A DNA stretch of 64,000 bases from Camelus dromedarius. Lineage: Eukaryota. The stretch's first letter is position 1. Every line of letters begins with the position of its first letter. The notes beneath the pieces were generated by a model. The model saw nothing but the letters and a program-made list of their open reading frames with translations. It was not told the DNA's origin and searched no databases. The DNA is taken from NCBI RefSeq assembly GCF_036321535.1, contig NC_087437.1:38938001-39002000 (forward strand), written 5' to 3'. Positions 14,101-26,795 of this stretch are shown here, one piece after another. The translations under genes and the position numbers were made by a program.

Positions 14101-16876
14101 TTATTCATGGTATTAGGTCAGTAGGTCACATAAAAATGTGGTTACATTGTTCTATCACTAAAATGCAGAGATAATTCTGAAGTCTGTGCTGGACTTGTTT
14201 TGACAATTAACCTCCATTAGTATTCTAGACCACATAAGAGCAAAACTCTTAAAAGGCTCTCTTTTTCATGAATGTACTGTCAAATTGACTTCGTCATTTA
14301 AATAAGACTGTAGTCACAGCAAAGGATGAATTGATATTTATACAAAGCATTACCTTAATTAAAATATTATGAGCAATTAAACCCAGTGTTCACGGAATTA
14401 TTGTACATTTATATGTAATAGAGTGAAAACATTGCATGGGACTGTTAAACCTTTTGTATGAATCTAATTAACTTTGACAGGCTCTGGGCTTTTCTCCCCC
14501 TTTTTTTCAAAAGTGCTGTAGAATAAATGTACTTGCATCTGGAAAACTTCAAACAGTTTTGATCAGCAATTCAGATCTGATTTAAAATGTACGTATTGAG
14601 ATGCTCTCTTAAATACAGACCTGATAGACGTGCAGGGCTCAACTTGTCGTAGCAGGAAGGCAGAGGCAGAAGGGGGAACAGCTGTAGACTGCAGCGGCCA
14701 GTGGGTATTGTTTTTGTCACCATTTAGTGTCAGGTCGCTGCTGCTGTGAGCAGGTCTTTCTATATTAGGTTCTGGTTAATGAAAAGGTGAACTGGCTTGG
14801 CTGATTCCCTGGAGGGCGATTAGGAGGCAGATTAATTCTCCTCACCCTTACACTTCTGTAGCCCTGAGGGGATGAGGCACCAGGAGCAAATCCAAGTTCC
14901 CACTGAGTCCCGCTGACTTCCTGTTTCATCAGTAAGGAAACAAGTCCTCCTGCAAACAGTGAATTATGACATTGAGGACATCACAGGTTTTGTTCTTCTG
15001 TTGATTCCCCAAAATCCCACTAAGGGTCAGCCCTGAAAGCAAGACAGGAATTTCCCAGTCTGATTGCTGTCGTTCAAAGGTAATAACAGTAACACCCACA
15101 ATAGCTATGTTTTATTCAGCACCAGTCGCTTAGGTGATTTGCAGACATTATTTTATTTCATCTTTATCGCTTCTCTTTGAAGAAGATACTATTTTCAGTT
15201 TACTGATGTGGAAACTGAGGCCAGAGCATCCATCATCCTTCTTGAAGGCACATAGTGACGAAGTGTTAGTTCTGTTAAAACAGGAGATAAACTATATAAA
15301 TTGGCGTTAGATATTGAAAGAGATGAAAACTAAGTGCAAATGTAACACAATAATGTATATTTAATATGGACCTATTTATATAAAAAATACAAAAAAAGGA
15401 CGTGTGGATGTATATTTATGCTTATGTATATATACACGCACACAGACACGTGTCTACGAATGGGCATAAAAAGAACAGAACTGAACACACTAGATGGCTG
15501 ACAGTGGTTATCTGAGGTGACTGAGCAGGGGGAAGAACAAGTAGAACCATTTCTTCAAGTTTTTAAAAAATTAATTGCTTACATTGTTTTAATCGTTCAT
15601 TCAGGTGTGGCTTGGGTTTTTACAAACTTAAAGATCCAGAAAGGACTTCTGCCAAATTGAACATTTTAAAATGGGAATATTAAGAAACAAAGTGGTGTCA
15701 GCTCTGATTTCAACTAGGGCTACTGAATGTCCAACATTTGTGCTGCTTCTACTAAACCTTGTGGCTTTTTAAAATGTGTGATTAAGGTTTAAAAAAAAAT
15801 CCCTTGAAAGGGGATGATGGATCTCCTGACCTCTCTTTGGTCCTCAGAAAATCCTGCTTATACAGAGCTGATTTGGGGATGGATCAGAATGCCATCCTTA
15901 GTCTATTCAAGCCAATCAATATGTACTGAGTACCTGTGATGCCCCAGTGGCACTGTGAAGCCCAGAGGAGCTGCAGAAATGCTTAAGGCACCGACTGTGC
16001 CCGTAAGGTGTTTAAGGCATCCTGGACAGACAGACTCACGCCCAAAGAGCTGCAAGACAAAGCCTAGAGTTACACGTACGGTGACAGCGGGAGAAATGAC
16101 GCACGTGGGGCATTCAGGATGGGACAGTTGTAAGGCTAGGGCTCACGTAACAATTTATTGGGTACCTAGGGAGATGTCTAGGAGCTGGGCATGATGGAAG
16201 ATGCTAGGATGGGGCCCCTGTCCGCAAAGACTATGTAATGTTGTAAGAAAGAGAACATGGGAAAATAATAAAGAGCAAGAAAATCCAAGAATTATATGTA
16301 ATTGACTGGTACATAAAATAAGTTAGGCCTTAAGTGAAATAAGAATTTAGAAAAGGGGGTGATCCCTGCAGGAAAGAATTGTAGAAGAGGGTTTCATAAG
16401 GAAATAAATGATAGGACCAGTATTTTTCTGTTTGGCGGTTGCTCCATAAACAAGTGGTGGCCAGGAATTGTAGATTGCACTTTGAAATTGGCCTTTGAGT
16501 GTGGTGTCTCTTCATTTCAGCACTGGAGCAGCAGTTCCTGAGACTCAGAGATGGGATATATTCAGTGAGCGGTGGTTCTCTACCTTTAGTATTTGTCAGG
16601 CTCCTAAGATGGTCAGATCCTTGTCACAGCTGGAGAATCATTGGGAACACTGAGCTGAGATGATTTCTAGATATGTCAGTAGTGTATATTTCATGGTTGC
16701 AAATTGTACAGCGTGTGAGTCGGACACAATGGACAAAACTGGATCTGACTTTTGACCTCTTTAGAGTAAAATAAAAGGTTTTAATTTATAGAACTGAAAT
16801 TGGTTAGTTGCCCTATGACCATAGGGAAAGGGTGTGTGTGCTGCTGACGGGGTTGATCTTCGGCAGATCTCTAGGG

Positions 16877-17019
16877 CTGCGATTCTCAAACTGTAGGGTG
16901 TGTAGGAATCACCTGGAGGGCTAGTTAAAACACAGGCTGCAGGGCTGCGCCTGAAGAATTTCTGATTCAGTACATCTAGGTGGGGCCCAAGAATGTGCGT
17001 TTCTTGCAAGTCCCAGGTA

Positions 17020-17076
<57 letters not shown>

Positions 17077-17100
17077 AGGACCACCCTCTGAGAACCACTC
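16877..17100 (+). mobile_element. MER5A hAT-Charlie DNA transposon
   Basis: ttctcaaact...gaatcacctggagggctagttaaaacacag...tttctgattcagta...tggggcccaagaat...tgagaaccact; flanks ctctaggg and atctagga match 6/8, consistent with an 8-bp TSD. Confidence 0.85.
17022..17075. repeat. Perfect (GCT)18 trinucleotide repeat (CTG/CAG class)
   Basis: 54 bp uninterrupted; produces the poly-Ser in spurious ORF 16761..17102. Confidence 0.97.
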
Positions 17101-20100
17101 ATCTAGGAGATTCCCTCACCGTGTAAAACTGCCATTACTTTTTTGAATGTAAATTTGAAGGGGAAAAAAAAACCTATTGGAGGATGGATCCTCCTTTGCA
17201 GTAGCCATGATTCTGTGGAAGATTAGAGCATCTGCTGTATTTAAGTGTTTTCGGGGAGACAGATGATAGCTTTCCTAACTTACTCAAATAGTTTTTCAAT
17301 GAGAGAATATCTGTTATAAAACTTTTATCTGAAACTTACCTCATCTTTGTCTTAGACTTTTTGACCTTAGGAAGGTGGCATCATCTGATAATTGAAGATT
17401 ATTATCTGTATTCTCTACTTCCTCCCATCCCATATCCTCAGTCTCAGCATTATATTGCTTTAGGACCCTGATCCTGACCTTAATTTAATTTTGATAAACA
17501 AAAGGATGTTGAATAGTAAGGCCAATTATCTTTGATGAGAAGGATGAACTCTTTTAACCTGTACAAGAAAGATTTAACAGAAGACATCCAAGTTCCTGAA
17601 AGGAAATTTATCTGACCCAGACATGACAGGCAGAAGTGACTTTAATTTAGCCTGCCTCTTTCAAGTAAGGCTTTCTGTCAGATTTATTTGGATGCATTTT
17701 GGTACCATTTGTGTTTCCCAGTTAGCAAGTTAATGCCCTGCGTAACCCCTGGCCTAGAAAATAGTTGTGTGACGTTTCCCTTGACATTGGGGTAAATTCT
17801 AGTTTTTATGTAGCCTGAGACTTAGGAAATCTGGGAGGCCCTCTTAAAGAATACATATATCCCTCATGTTTGCAAATCTTACAAAAACTCATGTCAATGC
17901 AAAAATACTTTTTAACTTCTTCCAGGGCTGGAAGTGGCCCAGGCTAGTGAGGGGCCTGAAGGTTAAGTTTTGTTGGCTTCAAGGACAGTTCACTTCCGAC
18001 TGTATTACAGGGCCCTGACACAACCGCTGATACAGGGTAGATACTTACGGAAATTTTGTGGAGCGAATTGTGAATTCTTCATTGACGTATCTTCAAAGCA
18101 GTGTGATTTCCATTATTTTTGAGCTATTGATGTCACTCTCTGTAACTTGATGTTGAACATGTATTAGTACTAGGTTTTTTCTTTTTTTTTTAAGAGAAAG
18201 ATAACACAGGCTCTAAATCAACTATTGTTTTTCTATGTAGAATCAATTGCATATTCACAAGGGGCCTCCCATCATAAGCTAAAGAGATGAGGAGTGAAGA
18301 CAAAACAGTGATGAATGACTTAGGCCAGGAAGGGTGTCAGACCCGACAAATAGAATTCAAAGCTGGTTGGCTTGGAATCCTGACGATTCTGTTGTTCTGT
18401 CTTCTAAGTTTTAGAGGAGAGAGGGCTGGGAGGTTTGAACGGTGGAGAATTTGCTCCAGGGAAGTCCTCAAACTCTGGATGAGTGTAGTGGAGCTTTGGC
18501 TACGCAGAGCCCTGGGCTGGGGGCCAGGCTCAGGCGAGGATGGACCCGCCGCAGGAGAGCTCACGCAGTCTGACCCTGGGGTGTGCTCAGGGCGGTTTGC
18601 CTCCTTTGCCTTCCAGTTTGTGTCTTCAGGTAAAGATTCACAAGTGTTTCTGCTTTGAGATGGCAGTCAAAGAAAAGTGAAGGAAAAATAGTTGCAGCTT
18701 TCTCTTGATTAAGATCAATGTGGTGGTTCAGGTCTTTCCAGAGGTTCTGAAAGAAAATATCGTAACAGTGGAGGATTAAGGAGGTACGCAAGACAATTTA
18801 AAGATAGTCACAAACATTGAAAAGGTTTTTCTTAATGATTGGATTTGGAGTTGTGAGGGGATCATTTAAAAGGAAGGAGGATCACATTATTAGTCCATTA
18901 TATCCCTGATCAATATAGACCACCCATTCCTTTAAACTAGTTTATGCGTAATAGCTAATAGATTGCCCAGGGAAAACAAAGTCTCATTTATAATTGCTAT
19001 TTGAATATTTTATGTAAAAGTTAATCTTCCGAAGACTCAGAGAACTCATTGTAGATTAAAATAAGAAATGAAGATTTGCATTTATAAGAAATTAATGATA
19101 GTTCTGAAATTGAAGAACCATTTAGTGCTGGGAGAAATAAATACAAATTGTAACATCTATCTGATGGAGTTTTGTTTAGATTGCTTCTGGTGATAAACCA
19201 TCTATAATAATATAAATCAAGGGCTGATGTATGCCATAAATTTGCAATGTTTAGCATAATTTTCGTTTGCATTTCATACTAAAGTGACACCAAGAAATAT
19301 GAGATTAATAGTTATTAAGTGAAAATGACTTTCATGTCTGTAGTCATTTTTAGAAACAGTTACGTGTAATTCGTTTAGGGAGCAGAGAAAATTAATTTGC
19401 AGCTGTGGTGGGATCCAGCACATTAAAAACAAAGAGGGAAGTGGCATATAGTAATAAAGTTTTGGAACGTAAGGGTGGAATTCACTTTTAACCTCTCCTT
19501 TTGATTTCTCTCTGGCTTCTCAACCTTATGGTACCCTTCAGGTCACCACACTTTTGTTTGTTGACTTCAGAACATTATACTAATAGCTTAAGGAACAGGA
19601 AAGTTGGTACGTGTTCTCAAATCATGTCATAACACTGGAGAACATACGCCTAACCCTACCTGGGGGGATAGAGGGTCAGATGGCAGCAGCGGCAGGATGG
19701 TGCCTTTTATTAACTTTAATTAGTGTTTTCATTAGGGAGTGTCACAGTAGATTCGGATTTTTTAAAAAAAATGACACCGTGTCTACTTTTGTTTGTTTCA
19801 CTGCACTACAAATCGGCAGTGAAGTTGGAGTTCAAGTCTATAATTTTTTTTTTTTTGAGAAATCTAGCCTCAGACTTAATTATAAGCTTAAACAGATATA
19901 TAGCTAATATTTCCTAAGCATTTACCGTGTTTCAGACTCTATTTGAAATGTTTCATATGTGTTAACTCATTTGTGTTATCTTGAGTCCTGGAGCCCTTTT
20001 TAGGCGAAGCCGTGCAGCTCCTTGTTTAGGTACTGCTTACTGAACTAGGTTGGAAGCCCTAGTGTTTTAGGGGAAAGTGGAGGACAAAGATCATATTTAA

Positions 20101-21639
20101 GAGTTTATAAAAAATAACTCTGACTTCTCTGACTTCTGGTCTATGCTGTATAATATATTCATATTTTGAGTATTCAGCAAAGCTAGATAAAATATTTTAA
20201 AAACATAATATAATAATATTGTGAACATTTAAAATTAGACCTCTAGGCAGACCTGAGAGGGGGCAGAAATGCCAGGCTGCGGTGAGCTGAGGTCCAGTGT
20301 GGGCTTGCTGGGCTCCAGGACTAGAAGCAGACAGAGTAGCTCAGGGGCTTGAGGGGCAGGAGGAGAAAAGAATTAGGAGCCATCCCTTCGTGGCCGTTCC
20401 TCCTTCCACCAGCTGCTGCCTGGGACAGTGATTTCCAGAAAGCTGTGCGCTTAGCACTGGGAGGACAGAATCAGCCCGTGACCAGGACCTGAACCAAGTC
20501 GCCTGCTACCTTGGCTTACAGGTCCCTAGAGGGCCCGACCATCTCTTAGGGGCAGTAGCTCGGAGCTAACTGGCTCTGGACTGAGTGTCCAGGAGGACAG
20601 GTGGAAGGAACTACCGATCAGCCAGAGTCACTGATATGGAAGACATCTCAGTGTGCTGGGTATAACATGGGACTGTTTTTATTTTTTTCTAATTATTTTT
20701 TCCTAGTTGTTACTTTCAGTTATGTTAAACTGCCTCCCTCTTTCCCATCCTTACAAGTCACTAGCTGATTCCCAAGTTTTCCAGTCACTTTCATTTTTTT
20801 TTTTAACTTATTCTAGCTCAATTTCAGATTTAAATCTCCAAAATCTGGCTCCTCCTTTCTGCCATCCCAAGCTACAACTGTAGCCCTGGTGGCTTGACGT
20901 GATCAGTTGGGGCCAAGGCTGATTGTAGTCTGGCTCTGAGGCATCTTCTTTTCCTCCTGTTTCCTCTGACAGTCCCAGCTCTCCTGGCTTGGGAAGGGTC
21001 AGGGCAAGAGGTGAAGGAGGCTGACTTCCTGCTAGTCTTGGAGGCGGTGCCTGATATTACTTGGATTTGGCTTGGTTCTGTCTGAAGTTGGTGGCCTCTA
21101 TTTTAGGTGCCCTGTGTTCTTGGGGGAACTAGTCATCTTCAGCCCAGTCTGTTTGAGGATCGTCTCAGAGAGGAGCTGCACAGTTTCCCTTTGGGTCCTG
21201 CCCATGGTCCACATGCCCAACAGCTTCTCTGGTTGGGTGTGTGGTCAGTAGCTACATGGGCTTCTTCCTCTTCTCTCCTCTCAGTCTTATTTGCACGAAA
21301 CCAAAGTGACCCTCCCAGTTTGTGTTGAACTGAGATTGAATGGCGTTATTGCAACTTGGTACCTGCAAGCCCTACTTTATGAACTTTTTCTACAGGGTCT
21401 CCCAACTTTGATTCACACATCCATGGACCACAAGACTCCACAACATTAGGGGACTCATGCTAAGTACTTCTAAGAATGCACCTACCAATGTAAAGGTACC
21501 ATTAAATACTAGAAATATAATTTAGAACTAGATCAAGTAGAATGTTGAGGACAGAGAATATAGAAAATATTTTCCATCCAACAGAGGTAAGAATGTGAGA
21601 GAGGGATCAGGCAGAGAGAAAAAGATAAATGTTTAAATG

Positions 21640-24600
21640 CTTCATTTGTGTACAAAAGTATAATGTACAAAATTGTAAGCTACAGATAGCTTAAGAGAAA
21701 AGAGAAGGGGTTTTTAAAGCCAGCAGCAATATTTCAAACAAAAGCCACACTCATCCTTTATGACATAGTTCATTCAGTCCCATGTAATTCTCGTTCTGCT
21801 TGATCCTGGATTAGCAGTTTCAGGAACCTATCAGCTTCTCCACTAGAGTTGTAGAAATCGTGACTTAGTTCAGTGGTGTGATCTCAAAGTTATTTAAGCA
21901 ATGCCATCAGCAGCCTCTACCCCAGAGTACCTGGCATAGTCCTTTCTCCTGGGTTTTTAGGAAAGTTCCTTTTTGTTAAGTTAAACACCCTGGCCTGTAG
22001 CTGATTGCTGGAGCTTTCAGGAAAGCATCAGCGTAAAATAGTAACTATCCGTCGCTGAGAAAGGACTTAAAATACCTGTGGTTAAAGATCTCATGAGAGT
22101 TCATTATAAAAATAATGCAGTTGGCAAAGACATCTGGTTCTTTCTGAGACATGCAGTATTTTAAAATGAAAACTGGAGCTATGACTGATAACATTTCCTG
22201 TTGTTTTCTGTTAGCTGGCAAAACGGTACCAGGACATACCATGGATAGTGAGAATCTCTAGGAACTTCATACAATTTCTGAATACTTATATTAATACTAT
22301 TTACCCATACAAATATAAGCCAGGAAAGGGTAAGCATCTTTTCTTAGTTGATAATAATTTTCATGCAATTCAACTTACCTAATTAATTTTTAATATCTCT
22401 CTTTTCACAAGGTGAAAGAACAAATCCTTTGAGATTTTCTGGGCCCTTCTGGGATATTTCAAAGTCAGTTCAAGACCAAGATTTTATTTTGGATTTGACT
22501 TTGAGAAGGCAAAAATAGCAAAGTTGCAAAATGCCAACAAGTCTGAACACTTGATTAAATAGGATCATAAGTCGCTCTGAAACAAAACTTGGTTATCTAT
22601 TCAACAAAATGACAATGAAAGACTATAAAAGCAATTCTTGGAAGTTGCGAGATAATGAGATAAAACTTAGCTCTTTCAATAGTGAGAAGACTTGGTTCTC
22701 TTAAGCAGCCAAGAACATGATAACGACAACACAGGAAATTTTTCTGAAAAGACCCAGAATCTTTGTTTTCTAGGCAGATTACTTAAAGGTTGAACAGAAA
22801 GTTTTTACAATCCCTTATTAAGAGCAGACCAATAGCCCAAGAAAATTTTGTTGTTTAAATAGAGAGAGAAAACCAAAGCCCTAGTTTTGCATTCAGGTAC
22901 TATTAATAAAAAACCTCATTTTTAAAAACAGTATAAAAAAATCAACCCATTCAACCTTAGCCAGCTTTGACCATTCAACATAAAATTCCCTTTCTGCAAA
23001 TCTTGTACATCTTTCTGTACCATTCAGGTTTTGTCCTGTTCTTTTCTTCTTTCTCATTGTGGGACAACCAGTCATCTGACTTTAGGACATAATTACTCTC
23101 CTTTTTCTTTTAGCAGTAACACATCCTTCATTCCTTGTATAATTTTCATACCAAGTGGTTTTCCTTCGCTCTGTTATTTCTAGTATTTTTATTCACGTTT
23201 TTATTATGATTTATTTTTGTCATTAGTAACTGTTAAGTACTTAATTAGTAACTGTTAGAGACCCCCCCTCAAATTTATGTGTTTCTAATTCCTAGTGTGA
23301 GCATATTTGAGGAAGGATCTTTAAGGAGGTTATTGAGGTTAAATGAGGTTATAAGGGAGAGATGCTAATCTGATAGAACTAGTGTCCTTAGAAGAAGAGG
23401 AAGAGACCCCGGAGACCTGTCTGTGTGTGCGCACGGAGGAAAGGCTCTGTGAGGACGCTGTGAGAGGCAGCTGTGGTTAAGCCAGGAAGAGAGTTCTTAG
23501 CCAAAGCTAACCTTGTTGGCACCTGGATCTTGGACTTCCAACCTCCAGAACTACGGAGAAATAAATGTCTGTTGTTTAAGCCAGCTGGTCTGTGGAATCT
23601 TGTTATGACAGCCTGAGGACACTAATACAGAAAACTTCCTGTTACAGATAAAGCTAGGAAGTAGAGAGCTGTGACTTGTCTGTCATGTATCAGCATATTG
23701 TAGCAGGTTAGCAAAATTTACGAATATACCATCTCACAATTTTAAAGATACATGCTTCTTTATAGTACAATATCTCAATGTGGCAAAAGATTATGTTTAT
23801 TTACAGACTCATATCTTTGGCCTCTTTACATTGAATACAAATAAGAAGTCCAAAGTACAATACAATTTAACTTAAGCTGAATAATGAATGTGTCAGCATT
23901 TGATCCTATTTAGAAATGATTTAGCTACTTAATGAATATCTATTACTTAACTTACCATCACTTTGAGGCTACAAGTTACCAAAAAGATTTTGGGGCAGAC
24001 ATATCATAAAACATTATTTTTCTTAAAATAAAGTTTTCAAAATAATGACCCAATATGATTAAAATCGAATTTATTATATTTATAATTTTAAATGTCTAGT
24101 AGATATAATATTGGCTTATTTGACTAGTAAACCTGGTAAAATGAAATTTATGCTTGTATTATACTCAATGCTGATATCTCAGAAGACAAACCCATTTTTA
24201 TTAAACCAATAACAATATTGCACCAGTCTTATTTACCAAAGATTACCCAAATCACATGGATTTGAAAAATATTTGGGATAGTTCCTATACTTCCCAGAGG
24301 CTTAGAAATGTTTAGTTTATAAAAGAGCTTATTTTTCTCTAAGTCAATTATAATAGAACTCTTTTAAGGGATTTTATGAATTAATTTGATAATGCCATCC
24401 AGACGTAGGAAAATACCACATGTATGTAACATACAGCAAATATAAACAGACAAACAGATGCAAATAGAGATATTATGGATTTCATTCTAAGATTTTAGCC
24501 GTGAGTCAGGCATTGCACGGTAATGCAAAATACACTAGTTTAATAAGAGTTGGTTCTAGACTTTGCCCCACTTTATATTTTATCTTAATTGCTTTTCTGG

Positions 24601-26131
24601 CAGATGGAACAAGTTGTTGCCTGCTCAGTATGAGAGCAAAATCTTTCTGCCAATATTTACAAAGAAGATTTTTAAGATTTTTCCTTTTGCCCTGATGTAT
24701 AATTTTATGGAGGCTGTAGAATAAAATTTAGGCAAGAGATTGGAGAGACAACAAGTAGCCATCTGGGTGTCTCCAAAGTTGTCCGAGTGGATGAAACATC
24801 CAGTCTGTTTCTAATTGGCCCCCTTTTCCCTTTTAGCCTCAGGGAGTTGCTTTTGGGGGTCACTGAGTCCCTTGAGAATCCCTAAAGGGGGCCAGGGGCC
24901 TAAAGTTGGAATGACTTCTGCTCTTCAATTGTTTTAAGCAAGTATTTTAGGCAACTTTGATACTTTTTCTGTTCTTTTCATTTTATTTCCTATAGGTACT
25001 AACAGGACATTTGTTTGGCATGAAAGCTCTTAAAAATCCTTTAAATAGAAAAGTTTTTCTAAAGGAATCCATGTGACCATTGACTGTTAGGATCCGCATA
25101 GGTATACCCATTCCAAATGTGACTCAAGCCAGTAAGCCTTTTTGTGGCTTAGTCATGAACACAGTAGGTTTCTCTGAAGAGAGCTCAGAAGATTCAGCCT
25201 ACGTAATTCAAAAAAATCACACCCACTGTAGCTGAAATGAGGGAAACCAAGTTGCCATGGGTATTGAGAATGCTTCGTTCCAGTCTCCCACAAAAGTGAG
25301 GCACCTCTAATCACAGACCTGCTAATCATGACACCAGCTGGGCGATAGGGAGATGAGAAGTCTCAGCACTACGAAGGCAGTGGGGAAGGAGCTGACAAGG
25401 GTCCTTATGGGTTGAGACCCTTTAGCACGTAGGCTTAGACAACCTCTCCGAGAACTGGCAGTGATTGGCAGGAAGTTCTGTTTGTGCACCTCATGTCTCG
25501 GGCCCCCAGCCTCATGGTTGGCTATGTCCGAGCACAGACCTGACAATCTCAGTGTCCTTGCAGGCAAGGACTTCTGTTTCCAAGCCGAGCTCTCAGGACA
25601 CAAAATTGAGACAGAAGGGAAAACTCATCTGGTTTTATTGGTGACCCAGAGCAAATTTGTCCAACCAGACACTGGTCCAGTGAGAATCGCAGACTCACCA
25701 GTATGTGACGGTGGCTTGCATAGGCTTACAGAGTCTGTGCCTGTGTTCTGTGCTATGTCTGTCCTTCTTATGACAAGACACACTTTTAGACATCACAGTG
25801 CAAAACACCAGCACCAGCACAAAAGACAGTGACAAAAAGACAGAACACAGTGGCTATCTTTGGAAGATCCAAAGTGAGAGTCACAATACCTAAAGGACAA
25901 GGCTACTTCTAACCAGAAAGTTTTCTCCTGTAAATCTAAATTTTGGAAAATTTCTTTTTGAAAAGACAAGAGGCTCTTAGCACTTTGGCTCAACCGGACC
26001 CCAAGCAGAGATCTGAGAGTCTGAGAGTAAGAAAGGTTACTTTTGCCAGCTTGGTCAGAGATCCCAAGAGCTCAGCTGCCGTCTCCAGAGTGAGCGAGGA
26101 TTTCCGACCATCCAGCCCTTGTTGTTGAAAC
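21640..26131 (-). mobile_element. Non-autonomous ERV1 internal sequence (MER4-group-like), 3'-truncated
   Basis: About 4.5 kb abutting the LTR at 26132, with an AT-rich non-coding body resembling MER4-group internals and a more GC-rich leader-like part at about 25200-26130. No gag/pol ORF recognised. Left boundary approximate. Confidence 0.65.
23253..23629 (+). mobile_element. MaLR LTR (MLT1A-like) nested in the ERV1 internal sequence
   Basis: TG...CA; gaggttaaatgaggttataaggg, gatcttggacttccaacctccagaact, aataaatgtctgttgtttaagcca, ctaataca. Confidence 0.85.
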
Positions 26132-26564
26132 TGTTGGGAGGAAAATCTTTTTCTCTACCAGCTTAGGTTCAAGTGTTTAGGGGCCCGTGAATTAACTGAC
26201 AACAGAAAGATTAATAGGAGAAACTCTATAGGGAGTAGCTCTCTGAACAGCTAGGGATAAAGGTTTATATACTGGCTTAATAAGGCGGGGGGGGTTTAGA
26301 ACTTCAAAGGATGCAAGGTTCTGATGAGGTTTGTTTATACAGATTAGCTTTGAAATGTCCCACTTCCCCAGGTCAGTTGCCCCTGTGAGGGGAGACTTCC
26401 CCAGGGTGCTGGGTGGGGAGGCACTTGTGGCAGACGACTCTGGTAAATCTCTACTTCAGTCAGAAAGGAGAAGTTCAGAAAAGATTTCTTGCTGCACCTG
26501 TAGCTCAAATAGTTTCATTTTGATGCAATCTTTATAGCATTCTGGCACGTCGTTGGTCCCTTCA
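26132..26564 (-). mobile_element. ERV1 5' LTR of the adjacent provirus
   Basis: TG...CA termini (minus strand tgaaggg...cccaaca); TATA-like tatataaac on the minus strand near 26265; U5 end similar to the solo LTR at 4503. Confidence 0.75.
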
Positions 26565-26764
26565 CAGGGAACCCTGGAGAGGCTCAGCATTAAGCATTTA
26601 GAGTGGAGGCAAGTGACACACAGGGGAGATGCGTGGGGCTGGAGGCTGAGAGTTGTTTGAAAGGCTATATGTAAAGTTGGTAGAATCCCAGGTCCCTTTC
26701 TCCAAACTGCAGAGCTGGACAAATAGCTGTGCCCTACTCCCACTTGGGGAGGTGGGGTGGTGAA

Positions 26765-26795
26765 AGAGAGAGAGAGAGAGAGACAGAGAGAGAGA
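26765..26795. repeat. (GA)n microsatellite, one interruption
   Basis: Directly visible. Confidence 0.9.

Noticed and set aside
16761..17102. Poly-serine ORF of 113 aa
   Set aside because: Reverse read-through of MER5A plus the CTG repeat
17362..17376. 15-mer TGACCTTAGGAAGGT also present at 29975
   Set aside because: A few shared 15-mers are expected by chance in a window this size
25322..26128. ORFs in the ERV leader as gag remnants
   Set aside because: No recognisable matrix, capsid or zinc-knuckle motif
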